A stretch of DNA of 64,000 nucleotides, taken from the NCBI GenBank assembly GCA_024679065.1, contig JAGIQG010000040.1, positions 4,030,001 to 4,094,000 of the forward strand, in the 5' to 3' direction. The notes beneath the pieces are model-generated. The model worked only from the letters and a program-made list of their open reading frames with translations. It searched no databases and was not told the DNA's origin. The stretch is from Sphyrna mokarran. Its lineage: Eukaryota. The translations under genes were made by a program, and so were the position numbers. Below, in pieces: positions 25,251 through 38,619 of the stretch (the stretch's first letter is position 1; every line of letters starts with the position of its first letter).

Positions 25251-25629
25251 ATCAGAAACACCGAGGATTATTCCCGCTGAATTGATTGCTGACACTGGAA
25301 CATTCCAGAGACAGACTAATACTGAAGCAGTAAGAGTGAGGTCCATTGTAATGTCTCTCTAGTCCAAGAGATGAAATTGTATGTGATTATCTGTTATAGA
25401 AAAGAAACAATTTCATTGTAAGTTAAGTCCCTTCATTTCTGCAAGGAATAGACATAAACAAGATGGCATTTCAGTTTGATTTCCAATTACTCTATACATC
25501 TATCACATTGCAGCAAAATTATAACTTATTAGAAAAATTATTATTGATTTATGTAACTACATGTTTTGGGATGATTGTATTTCAGGTTTGAATAGCAATC
25601 AGTGTAATTTGGGATTGGATATAAGAAGA

Positions 25630-26250
25630 AGGGAAGCAATGGCCTAGTGTTATCGCTGGACAATTAATCCACAAACACAACTAATGTCTCAGGATCCGGC
25701 TTCAAATCCTGTACATGGCAGATGGTGGAATTTAAATTAAATAAAATCATCTAGAATTAAGAATCTACTTATGACTCACTGTCGATTGTGTAGAAACCTA
25801 TCTGGTTCACTAATGACCTTTAGGGAAGGAAATCTGCTGTCCTTACCTGTTCTGTCTACATGTGATTTTAGCGCCACAGCAATGTGGCTGGCTCGCAACT
25901 GTCCTCGGACAAACAGTGGACAATAAATGCTGACCATTCAGCGGCACCTAAAAGAGAAGGAGGCCATTTGGCATATTGGTCCCGCACCGACGACATTCCC
26001 ACCTAGACCCTATCCCCATCTCCTCGTGTATATTCCCTGCTAATTCCCTTGACACTACTGGACAATTTGTCATCGCCAATTAACATAAGCAGCACAATTT
26101 TGGGCCGTGTGAGAAAATAGCAGACAATAGGACCATTTGAGTAAATAGACAGAACGTGCAGATTTTATACAGACAGGGACTCCACGGAGACCCAAACCAG
26201 GAATTTAACTCAGGTCCCTGACAGCAGTGCTAACAACTATGCCCCCAAAT
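25630..26250. mobile_element. Two adjacent SINE remnants in opposite orientation
   Basis: Similarity to 5140-5435 (+) and to the reverse of 54975-55235 (-). Confidence 0.55.
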
Positions 26251-28769
26251 GAATTCAAATATGAAACCCATTATATGATACAAAGTTACACCCTATATTT
26301 CCTCAACAGCTTCTTAACCCTGTGAAAATTAACGGTGAAAGAAACCTATTTGACTAATAAGTAATTGAGCTGGTTGAGATACATAAAATTGAAATCGATC
26401 TTGACAGAAAAAAAATGAATCAGAACCAACACGGCGAACGACAAATTCTCCGTCAGCATCCCAATAATGGCAGCTCACTTCATTGGCCACCAGCTGTCTA
26501 ACATTCACTGATCGTGGGAGCACAGGACATCAGGACTTTGCGGCATATTGCATAGAATCACAAGAATAAATGTTCTATCTTCCACTGAACGAGGTTATGA
26601 ACTGATCTTCACAGATTAGAAGCTTTGAGAGGCACTGTTAAATAATCGAAATCAGATTATATTGCATAACAGAACATGGTACTATTCAGGTGCAAAAGAC
26701 GTTGTCTTTTTAAAGAGGTGCAGAACACTGAGAATACTCTAGTAATCCACGTTGCTCAAGATAGTTATGTGATTTTCTTTTACCTTTAATTATTTTCATT
26801 TTTGGGCTATTACACTGATCTCATAGGACTAAGGGATGGGGGACATCAAAATCTCTTCCTTGCACTTCATGATATTACTCACTAAGTGGCTTTAATTGGT
26901 GAAGGGACATTTATTTCAAATTTATACAAATGAAACAGCACTTAACCAATTTACCAGTTTCTGATTCTGTTTAATCACTTAACGAACAATGCATTCATTT
27001 GCTTGGAATGAATACCATTTAAAACGTATTTTTCCTGTGGGAATCAGGCATTTATTGTATAACTGGCTAAGCCCCATTTTATCCTTACATATTCACGTTA
27101 ATCTATCCTACGCAGTATTTGGCACCAGTCCAATCTGCTGTCAAATACCTGAAGATATTTACAGGAAACATCTGAAGGTGTTTGTTCAGAAACTCAAAGA
27201 TCTGTTTCCTCAGTACTGAGCACTTGGCTGCAAGCCAACTCAAATTGTCAGCATTGTCAATGGGCCTATTAATAAACACATCTGCCCAGCAACAGTGCTG
27301 GAAGCACTTTAATTATTTTAAAGTTGTAATCCTAAATGAATGCTTCCAATGTCTTAGGAAAATAAAGATTCTCCGGCTCCTTGTTAGCAACAATGATGCT
27401 CTCTCCAACACAACAGAACACTTTGATCGATGGATAGCATTAAATATAGACAGATTGTGAGAGTTGATTCAGAGAGGTGATATATATTTTATACTATATA
27501 AACATATATTCTTGTGTTTTATTTCAGTTTATCCTTCCATGGGACGTGGGAGCCCCTGGAAAGTCCAACATTTCTTCACTGCGCCTAATTTCTTTCGAAT
27601 TGAATGGTGTGCTAGGACATCTCAGAAGGCATTGTCCGGTTGTGCATATTGCTGTCCATCTGGAGTAACACGTTGGTGACACCAAGCAGGGAAGGCAGAT
27701 TTCCTTCTTTACGGTATCAAGAACTTTATCTGGTCGCTATCAGTATGAGTCAAAATTCGTTGATTGAATTCAAAATCCACCAGTTTTTATGGTCTGATTC
27801 AATCTTATGTTACCATATCATTGGCCTAGGTTTCGGATTACTGGTCCACTGGATTAGTATTGCACCATGATCTGTACAAAAAAATAAATAACTGCTAGAT
27901 GCAGGGATGAACGATAGTTGGATGCCTGAATGTTTTCATTGAGGAATCAGTGAATGGATTGGTGGATACGACGATAGCGGGTCTTGAAATTTGTTTTTCG
28001 ACATTTGTCTACTTGTGTTTTGCTACTTCAAAAATCGAAGCTGGTCCTTCATTACAATTGTGTCAGTCTACAACCTTTAATCCGTCCAGATTTTCTGGGT
28101 GAATTCCATCCCAGAATATCGGGAACAAACGAATTGAACCTCACTAAGAGTAGTCCGATTTTTTCCCATGCTGATGGTGAATCTTCAAATGCCAGTTGGA
28201 AAGAGGGAATATGATTTGGCTGATGAGGGAAAATTGTAATATTTGGAACATTATGGCCTTTCTAGTGCAACAAAATCACTCAACAGATCATCACCCAAAT
28301 TACTGAAGATAATAGGCTAAAAATAAATAATGCGGCAACTAAAATATTGTGAAACTCACTGGACAGCTTGAAGTAAATTACTTGCTATAACTGTGTAAAA
28401 ATGAATCGGAATTTTAATATTCTATATACTTATATTAGTTACAGATACTTTCAGTTACAGAATTATTTCTTACAATTATCACACATTCATTATATATCAG
28501 AAGTTTCTATGTGATGATGAGGTGATTACTTGTCTATAAAGCGCAAGGGCTGCTGGGTAGTTGCTACTATTTGTCTGATTTAATTCAATTTTGCACGGAT
28601 TCTGGGGCAGATTTGATTCTTTGGTGACAGAAAAGCCAATGCGATCTCAATACATTTGAATCACAATAAATTAAATAAAATCAACTGCAACTATATTTGC
28701 ATCAAACAAAATATTGACAATAATTGGTGAAATATTAACTTATTTTTGTGTATTGAAGATTATTGGTAA

Positions 28770-29500
28770 TATTGGCGCCAAGAGATGACCATCTCCAGAA
28801 AGGGAAAATCTACCCCTAGCCCCTTGTCACTCAGTGATATTATGACACTAAATTGCACAATATAGACAACATCGAGGTTACCATTGGCTAATCACTATAT
28901 TAGCTAGTTATATACATGCTCCGGCTGGAATATCAAGTCAGCCTGGTGTGAATAACCCACCTCTCGATTTCCCAAACCTATGCACCACATGCACACACAT
29001 GTCAGGAGACTAAAATGGTTCTCTCCACTTGCTTCAATAAATGCAGCTCAAACAACATTCAATAATCTTCATATCATTCAGGACAAAGCAGCCGGCTTGA
29101 TCGACAAGTGCTCACTCTCTCCACCACAGAGAACAGTATCATGTACGATGTACAAGTTGCACTTCTGAAACTCACCGAGACCCCTTCGGCAGCACTTTGC
29201 AACCACACGACAGGTTACCATCTGAAGGACAGGTCTAGCAGTTATCAGGAAATATCATCTTTAAATTTCAACCTTCCCCCCCCCCCTCTCCAAGTCAGTC
29301 GTATACCTGACTTGGAAATATATCGTCCTTCCGTCATTGTTGCTGGATCGAAATCCTAGAATTCCCCCTGCAACAGCACTGTATGTGTACCTACACCATA
29401 GGTTCTGCAGCAGTTCAAGAAAGTAGCTCACCATCAGCTTATTAAGGGCAATTACGTACCGCAAGAAATGCTGACTTAGCCAGCAACACCCACATCCCTT
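28770..29500 (+). mobile_element. Decayed L2/CR1-group LINE 3' part
   Basis: IQDKAAGLI motif and ..cagcagttcaagaaagtagctcaccat.. tail; related fragments at ~10850-11230, and on the minus strand at ~9915-10390 and ~48590-49330. Confidence 0.6.
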
Positions 29501-29532
29501 AAATTAAAAGTTAAATACATTTATTTTTATGG

Positions 29533-32500
29533 ATGGCTATATTGAAGGGCGAAGGGAATCGAGCAGATGTAATTGTGCATATAGGCGAGAAAGACATAAG
29601 AAGGAAGAGCAGGGGGGAAATGCGTAGGCAGGTTACGGAGTTAGGTGCTGGGCCTCCAGGGTGGCAATCTCTGGGCTTCTACCAGTGCCTAGTGACAGTG
29701 AGACTAGGAATACTGAGATCCTTCAACTGAATGTATGGCTGAAGAATTGGTACAAGACGGAGGGTCTTGCATTTGTTAATCATTGGGAAGCTTCCATGAG
29801 AGAAGAACACCTGTGTAGGAGGAATGGGGACCACTTAAAAGGGAAGGGCACGAATATCTTAGCTGGGAGGTTTGCTGGAGTGTTTAGGCAGGGTTTAAAC
29901 TAATGTGGAGGGGGAGTGGGGATGAAACTGATAGCTCAGCAGGCATTGTGATTGGGAGCGAATTGCGTGCCGGGCCAAGGTTAGATGAGAGGAAAAATCA
30001 TCCTGGAGAAGGAGGACCCGAGTGGGCCTGGAGGTCTGGAGTGCGTCTGTTTTAACATGAGGAACGTAACGTCTGACCCAGTAAACTTAAGTCCTTAATG
30101 TTTATAAGGAATTTAGATGTGATTGCAGTGACAGAGACGTGGTTAAAAGAAGGGCAGTTCAGGCAGCTAAATATTCCTGGGTCTAAGTGTTTCAGGCTTG
30201 ACAGAGGAGGGTCAAAAAAAGTGGGGGAATGGCGTTATTAGTTAGGGAGCACATTACAGCGGTGCACAAAGTGGATAATTTGGAGGAGTCGGGAAATGAG
30301 TCGTTGTGGGTGGAGTTCAGGAATAGGGAGGGAACAATCACTATGCTGGGGATATACTAAAGGCCACCCAATAGCCCGCGGGAAGTGGAAGAAAATATAT
30401 GTAAGGAAATTCTGGATACGTGTAGAAAAAATTGTGTTGTTGTAGTGGGAGACTTTAATCTCCCCGCTGTGGATTGGAAGGTGCTTCGGGCTGGGGGTCT
30501 GGACGTGGAGGAATTTGTAAAATATGTACTGGAAGGCTCTTTGGAGCAGTATGTAGCTAATGCGACAACGAGGGGGCTGTGCTGGATTTTGTTCTGGGAA
30601 ATGAGCGTGGTCAGGTGGTCGAGGCTGCAGTAGGGGAACATGTGGCAAACAGTGACCACAATTCAGTCTACTTCAGGACACTAATGGAAAAAGTTGAGTG
30701 CTGCCCGAACGGGAGGGTGCTAAATTGAGGGGAAGGCTAGATACAGCTGGGTTAGGCAGGAACTCACAGATACTAATTGGGAGATGTTGTTTGAGGGTAC
30801 GTCCACGTTCAGCATGTGGGAGTCTTTAAGGGACAGCTGAAAAGTTTACAGGAAAGACGTGCCAGTTAAGAGGAAGGGTGGGAAAGGTAGGATCAAGGAG
30901 CCGTGCATAACTAGGGCGATTGAGGACTTGGTCAGGAGGAAAAGAGGCACATGTTAGGTCTAAGCAACTGGGAACGGAGAAAGATTTGGAGGAATACAGA
31001 GAGAATAGAAGAGAGCTCAAACGGGGAGTTAGAAGGGTGAAAAGGGGGCACGAAATGGCCACGGCAAACAGGATTAAGGAAAATCCAAAAGCATTTTACT
31101 CCTATGCTAGGAATAGAAGAGTGGTTAGAGGAAAAATTGGTCCTCTTAGAGGCAGAGGAGGTGAACTATGCCTAGAGTCCAAGGAAATGGGGGAGATCCT
31201 GACTGAATACTTTGCTTCAGTATTCACGGAGGAGAGGGATCTGTTGTCAGGTACTGTCTTGGAGGGAATTATAGACCTTGGAGGAAATATCTATTATGAG
31301 AAAGGAAGTGTTGGGTTTTTAGGTATTATTAAAACTGATAAATCTCCGGGGCCTAATAGGCTGCTTAGGGAGACGAGGGATGAAATTGCTAGGCCTATGA
31401 CGCAAATCTTTGTCTCTTCTTTGGACACGGGTGAGGTCCCAGAGGACTGGAAGATAGCGAACGTGGTACCGTTTTTTAAAAAGGGTAGTAGGGATAACCC
31501 GGGTAATTATAGGCTGGTGAGTTTGACGTCAGTATTAGGGAAGTTGTTGGAAAAGCTTCTTAGGGATAGGATGTATAAACATTTAGCGTGTAGCAATTTG
31601 AATAGTGATAGACAGCATGGTTTTGTAAAAGGGAAGTAGTGTCGTACGAAGCTGGTAGAATTTTTTGAGATGGTGACAAAAACGGTGGACGAAGGACGAG
31701 CCATGAATGTCGTCTACATGGATTTCAGTAAGGCGTTTGACAACGTCCCTCATGGTAGGTTGGTGGCAAAGTTTAAGGCTCACAGGATACAAAGACAGGT
31801 GTCTAGATGGATTGAGAGCTGGCTCCGTAATAGGAGACAGTAGTAGTGGATCGGTCCTTTTCTAGCTGGAGGTCTGTAACTAATGGCGTGCCGCAGTACT
31901 GGGACCTTTGTTAGTTGTAATATATATAAATAACTTGGAAGAGGGAGTAAATGGTGTTATCAGCAACTTTGCAGATGATACAAAGATGGCTGGACTTGCT
32001 GATAGTGAGGAGCAGTGTCAGGCAATGCAGCAGGATATAGGTAGGCTGGTATATTGGGCAAAGAAATAGCAGATGGAATTTAATCCAGATAAGTGCGAGG
32101 AGATGCACTTTGGAAGAAATAATGTAGGGGGGGAGTTACACATAAATGGTAGGCCTTTTAAGAATATAGAAATGCTGAGGGACCTGGAGGTGCAAGTACA
32201 CAAGTCCTTGAAGATGGCAGTACAGGTGCAGAAGGTGACGAAGAAGGCCTGTGGTATGCTAGCCTTTATAGGGAGGGTTATAGAGTATAAAAGCTGGCGT
32301 CTAAAGTTGCAGTTGTATAGAACGTTGGTTCGCCTGTATTTGGAGAACTGCGTCCAGTTCTGGTCGCCTTACTACCGGAAGGATGTGGAAACCTTGGAGA
32401 GAGTGCACAGGAGGTTTACCAGGATGTTTCCTGGTATGGAAGGACTGAGCTGCGGGGAAAGAGTGGGCAAATTGGGGTTGTTCTCCTTAGAAAGGTGGAG

Positions 32501-32800
32501 AATGAGGAGCGATCTGATAGAGGTATAAAATTATGAAGGGCGTAGATAAAGTGAACAGTGGTAAGCTTTTTCCTAGGTTGGATACAACAATGACGAGGGG
32601 CCACGGGCTTAGGGTGAGGGGGGTGAGGTATAACTCGGATATTAGAGGGAGATTTTTCACACAGAGGATGGTGGAGGCCTGGTATGCACTGCCAAGTAGA
32701 GTGGTGGAGGCAGGCATGCTAGGGTTGTTTAAGGCTTATTTAGATAGACACATGACCGGACTAGAGATGGAAGGATACAGGAGATTGTTCTAAATAAAGA
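29533..32800 (+). mobile_element. Older near-full-length CR1 LINE (ORF1 esterase end, APE, RT), multiply disrupted
   Basis: HLKGKGTNILAGRF, VVVGDFNLPAVDW, NYRLVSLTSVLGKLLE, LYRTLVRLYLENCVQFWSP. Confidence 0.92.
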
Positions 32801-33479
32801 TCAAGAGCCTTGGGACATCCCTGGGAATCAATTGATTCCTATAGACCTTTCGACATATTTCATGGCTCACTTGCTTTATATCTGCGCTTCTGGGGATTCC
32901 GTAAATGTCTGTTTAAGTTTTACATGTTTATTGATGTCTGTACTTCACAAGTGATTCGGTCCACCTTGTTGACCAACGAGGATCATACACGCAGTGGGTA
33001 GTGCGAGGGCTGCTCTGGGATGTTGCTTTGAGGGTTGCCTAGTGCTTCGCTTCATGTCGTTAGTGTACACTTAAGCTGGACCATCTGACGGGAAACATGA
33101 CAACTCAGTGACTATCACTGTTTGCTGTGCAGATACATGGATTTGGGCAGATGTCTGCGGGAGTTTGCACATTCTTCCCGTGATTGCGTGGGTTTTCTCC
33201 ACATGCTCCGGTTTCTTCCCACATCCCAAAAACGTGCTGTTAGGCTGATTGGTGTAACAAATTGTCCCTAAATTAGTCTTCTTTCAATCTTCCCCAATAG
33301 GTGTTGACAAAGGCCAAAGGTCAAAGGTCAAAGGTCAGAGGTAGAGGAGGGCACTCATAATGTTGAAATGTCAGTGCGGGCTCGTTGGGCCGAAGTGCCT
33401 GTTTCCCGTGCTGTGTTGTTCTCTGTTTTTTTGTATTGTGTCAGACCACAGTTTGCATATTTGTTTACTTGGATGGAGC

Positions 33480-34500
33480 ATTTGTTGCAAATATTAGAGG
33501 ATTGACTGACAAAATGCAGAGTGTCGGGATATATGGCTCATTCTCTGGTTGGTGAAATGTATCCAGAGGTATGCCTCAGGGGTTAGTCCACGGATTATGA
33601 TTCTTTACAACCCTTTAAAATTTTGTGACAAAGCTAAATGTGGGGCGGGAGTAGGGAAAGGGGTGAAATAGGCAGTGAAGAAGGTGTAAATATTTGACAG
33701 ATGGGTAAAGTTAGGCTGGGAGAATGGGTCAGCACTTAACAGAAGAATTTTAATGTGGATAAGTTGAGGTTGTGCATTTTTGCAGAAATAAATAGAAAGG
33801 CGAATTATTACCTAAATGGAAAGCAGCTTCGTTATTCACAGGAAATCTATGTGCAGGTGTTGCATATAATAAGAATGAAGAACATGTTGCATTTATTGCA
33901 AAGAGATTGGAGTATAAAAGTAGAGAAGTGTTGTTGCAATTTTATAGGATGTTGGTGAGAACAGATCTTGAGTATTGGTTCAGTTTTGGTCTTCTTATTT
34001 GAGGGAGGGTATGGTGACAATGGAGCTAGTTCAGAGGATGTTCACCAGTATGTTTCTGGGATGAAAGGATTGATGTATGAGGAGTAATTAAATAGTTTGG
34101 GTTTGTATTCGCTGGATTTAGAAGGAAAAGAGGTGATCTGATTGGGATATATAGAATTTATAAAGAAGATTGATAAAGAAATTGTACCAAATGTTTCCTC
34201 TTACGGAGAAGTCTCGAATAAAAGGGCACAGGTATAGGTTGAAGGTTGGAAGATTTAATACTGAGTTGAGGAGAAGCTATGTGCCGCAAAGGATCGTAAA
34301 TTTATGGAATTCGCTGTCCCATAGAGCGGTGGTGTCTGGCCATTAAATGGTTTCAAGAAGGTATTTCTAACGTAAAAAGTGACAAGGGGAAAAAGTGTGG
34401 AGGTGAATTTCAGACCAGTGAGAGATCAGCCATTATGTGATTGAGTGGCAGGACAGTCTCGAAGGGCTGAGTTTTCATACTTCTGTTTCTGATTCCAAAG
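33480..34500 (+). mobile_element. Highly decayed CR1 RT and 3' UTR
   Basis: Degenerate GMPQG, LVR..LEY..QFWS and LWNSL motifs. Confidence 0.7.
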
Positions 34501-36039
34501 TCCCTGTATTCCAGTATTTTTTGGATATGTTCATCAGCAACCTCTGTCATACTCTTCAATGTTATGATCGATCATTCCAGGTCTCATCTTCGGATATGAC
34601 TTGCCCAGCCATAACATCAGCATGGATCAGGACAGCATTTACAAGTCACCAATTCCATAGCACCATCTATCTCACCAGAGATGCTGCAAAGCTCTCTGTG
34701 AAATTCAGAAACTCATCACCTCCGCTCCAATCCAGTCTAGGGCACTTCCAAACACATTGGAATAGAAATACAGAGTATTGATAACTTATTTGACTGCAGT
34801 CAAGGTGCCGAAGCATTCTGGATGTAACATGCATCATACACTTATCTTTTGCAGTGGGATGCACATTTACCTCATGGACCAAATCAGGAATACTGGAATC
34901 ACATCAGGGAATCTGGTTTGTGCCGTCAGGAAAGCGTTGTTTCGAAACACACAGGGTGCATCGTTGCTTTCCGGTATTTGTTGCAAACTGAATGCCGTAT
35001 TATCCATGCAGGAAACAACTTGCTGCCATCAGACCCAATACAGGAAGACACTAAGGCTTTGCACTCATGCAAATAATTTCGGATCTCTTTTAGTAAAAGT
35101 TACACGAATTGGAAAGAGGCCTATCTCATTCCATGAATCTATTGTGAGCTAATTGATTCAGATTGCTTTTAAGAGAGAACAGCTTTACTGTTGCATTATG
35201 CGACGATCAGGCGAAATTTACGTTTTGGGGACACTGGAAAAAAGATTTGCCTTACAGTTGAAACATTGTAATGATGTGTTTGTGAATTAATATTTCCAAG
35301 TATGTACTTTTCTTCTCTTCATTTTATAACATTCGATAGCCCTGTACATTTAGGCATTGTTGGTCAATATTCCTAATGGAAAGTAAAGTAAAAACAGAAA
35401 ATGCTGGATAACCACAACAGTTCTGGCAGCAATGGAAAATAGGAAAGGTCATGTGAACTCGAAATGTTCACGCTGTTTCTGTCCTCTAGCTGGGCTAGCT
35501 GTGTTTATTCAGTATTTTATGTTTTTATCTTCAGCTTCGCAGTACTTTACTTCTTTTATGGAAGCTGAACTAATTGATTTTAGTCTTTGTCCATTGTCCT
35601 ATGTCAAATCCTCTCTTCTATGTTTGTGGGCTCAGAAACTGGACGTGGAAAGATGCCTTGTGCGCAGAAGACAGTGTTTGAGGATAATCTTTAATTAAAT
35701 TTCAGCGAATTCTCTATCAACACGGGTTAAATGATACCAAAGCAGGATATTTATATTCCTTCTATAATCTGTAAACCACTGACAGGTAATAATCGGACTC
35801 TCTGTCTCCACGTGAACGTAGAATAACTAGGGAACTCCTGGAAAGTGCCTGACGCCTGATGTTCAGACAATGGATTGGAGATTAATTGACAACAGATGAG
35901 ACAAGTTATGCATTATTTATTACATATCGTGCCCTAGTATACCACTGTGGATCTGGGAAGGGATGCATTGTCTCACATGGACAATCAGGGCTAAAGTTAG
36001 ATATTAGTATACAAATCACTTTGGATTACATTAAATTGA

Positions 36040-36947
36040 TTAATTAAATAATTTGCCAATGAGTGTCAGGGGATATTTTACCCCATTCTTTAATTCTTTT
36101 CTAAATTGACTCTGGGTGCCTGCATAAATAAAAGGGTTGATGCAGGAACTCAAAAGCTGAAGCATAGTCCCACTTTCATCCAACATGTATGCTAAGTTGC
36201 TGGAATCAGAAACTGAGGGGTATTTCGCATTCGCAAGTCGAACGTAGAGAATGGTTATAAAAAATAACAAATACAACAGGATGAAGCTCCCCGAGATACA
36301 GAAGAGTAAAACAATAGACATCCTCCGTTTCTTCATCTCTGGATCACTCTGATTCTCTCCATTGCTCTGGGCCCGGAGTCTCCTGCGGGCTCTATTGGCC
36401 ACTATGATGTGTCTGACAGTCAGCACATTAAGCAATAAAATCAGAATGAATGGGAGACAAGGCGTTAAAATGATAAGAGTCCAGTCAAATGCGGCCCATA
36501 TTAGTGACGTATAAAGTATTGCATTTCCATTACAAAACCAAGGTATGCCATCGACGATAAATAACGGCTCATATGTAAAGTACCACGGGATATTAACAAT
36601 ACAGCTCAGAACACAAACTGTCCCTATAACCCTCACCGCCGTTTTCTTGCTGCAATATTTCATCTTCAACTTCTGACAACAAATAGCAACGAATCGATCA
36701 AAAGTAAACGCAACTGTTGTCCAGACAGAACAATCTCTGACTCCATAAATTATGACCAAACCGAGACTACAGACCGGAGTGATGGAAAGGAAGCTCAATG
36801 GGAAATAGATACGGGCAATCCGGTTTAATATCACAGCTGTAATAATGACCATGAGATCTGCGACCGCCATTGATATCAAATAGTAAGTGATACATCCAGA
36901 GAGACCGCATCTTCCACGGGCTAGGATCACAATCACTGCCAAATTTG
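36040..36947 (-). CDS. Class A GPCR, GPR139/GPR142-like, exon 2
   Basis: ANLAVIVILARGRCGLS..YLISMAVADL..AFTFDRFVAIC..LPFILILLLNVLTVRHI..INPFIY; acceptor cag at 36950-36948. Confidence 0.92.
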
Positions 36948-38549
36948 CTGTGTTGTAAACAAAATAGAAGAATAGAAGAGAAAATCATTAAAGTATTGAA
37001 GAGTCAGGAAGCAAACATGATGAGAGATCAGAATTGGCAATCCTAGTTGAAGCACACTCTGATTCACTGATTAAAAATATCCCTCCTAATATGCAGCATT
37101 TTTCCAATACTGTACTGAACTGTCAGGGAAAAAATACAAATTGAATGTTAATCTCACTGTATGATGAATCGGCTACAGGAAATACAATCAGTTAGTGTCT
37201 TGTTCCATCAATAGAGAAGAGAGAAGACGCCATCAAGTCATTAGCAAATCCGATGGCCATTAATATTAAATATATATAAGTATTAATATACCAGAAATGC
37301 GTCGCACGATGTTCATTATACAAAAATTCAAGTCCCTCACAACGCGAGAAGAAAACTGGAAATACATTTCGTTTAAAATGCAAGAACATTCTTTGAATTG
37401 AAAATAGTTTGGGACTCCACGTTGACAATTCATTGAAACGATTGAAAAAATGGTTCAGAGTAGTGAATAAAATATCTCCTACTTGCAATGTAAACGTCAT
37501 GATTCAGTCAGTAGAACTGTCATATGGTAGTGGACTTTAGATCTATTCCAAGACTTCGGCACAGATGGGGTTTTACAATGGTGATGCTTTCATCTCCGGA
37601 CTGAAAACAATAATCTGAGTCCTGTCTAAATAAAATGCTAAAAGAAATTCAATACCAACTTAACAGAGGATTGTCTTTTTCGTTGCAAACAACAAAACAA
37701 TAAAAACCACAAAAAAGCACATCAGGATAAATTTGTGACTATTCACCGACAGTCTCAACAATATAACAGAGCTACAATTAGAACATGGCAATGTTCTCAC
37801 AGTCAATGTGACAAACCACACCAGAACTTACTTTACTATGAGGATAGTGTTATTGTAGTGCAGCCACGTTACAGCATGAACAACAAAATGGTTCAACTAT
37901 AACATGAGCTGGGAATAGTAAGAAAGCGAAGTAAGTTTGAAGTGAAGAAATTACCCTGGTTAAGGTAAGATAGTAAATTGCTAAAGAGGGTAAATTATGT
38001 GGACAATGTATAAACATCATATTGGTAAAAGCGAGAAACAACACATTAAAATGCGATTTCTTCAATTCATATATAATCATGAGTCCCACATCGTTAATCA
38101 TTTCGGGAAATTTGCTCCTTACATTTTAAATAATAGACATTACATGCGATACACTTTGTCATTCACAATATTGATTTCATCTGCTGCCCTTCGCCAGACT
38201 GCCAGAATAATGATACTCAATGGGTTTCCACTCGCCCAGTCTTGCATTATTTTTTCTTTTCACATTCAATGAGAGCACAACGAATCGTATTTCAGCCATG
38301 CCGAGTAATTATGCCAGGCAAAGGGAAAAATGTAATGATTAAAATAGAGGATTAAAACTGTCCTGGTGTGGAAGGTGAAAATCCAGTAAAATAGGACAAA
38401 TCACAGCAGGTAAGAAGAAAATTGTCAAATTAACTGAGAAAAAATGTCCCACAATATCAGTACCGTAGAGAAGCATTTTGGGGAAAAATAGAACTGCGAG
38501 AGGGGGAAGCAATGATTCTCATAATGAATAATTAGTCATTAGATTTTAC

Positions 38550-38619
38550 CTGGAACTCCAAAAGCAGCAATGACGGGATAGTAAATGGCAAACAGAAGAC
38601 CTTTCGGTGATGAGTGCAT
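38550..38619 (-). CDS. GPR139/142-like GPCR exon 1 (MHSSPKGLLFAIYYPVIAAFGVP)
   Basis: 70-nt exon ending in G|gtaaaa; joins exon 2 in frame (GVP-ANL of TM1) to give 325 aa. Confidence 0.88.
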
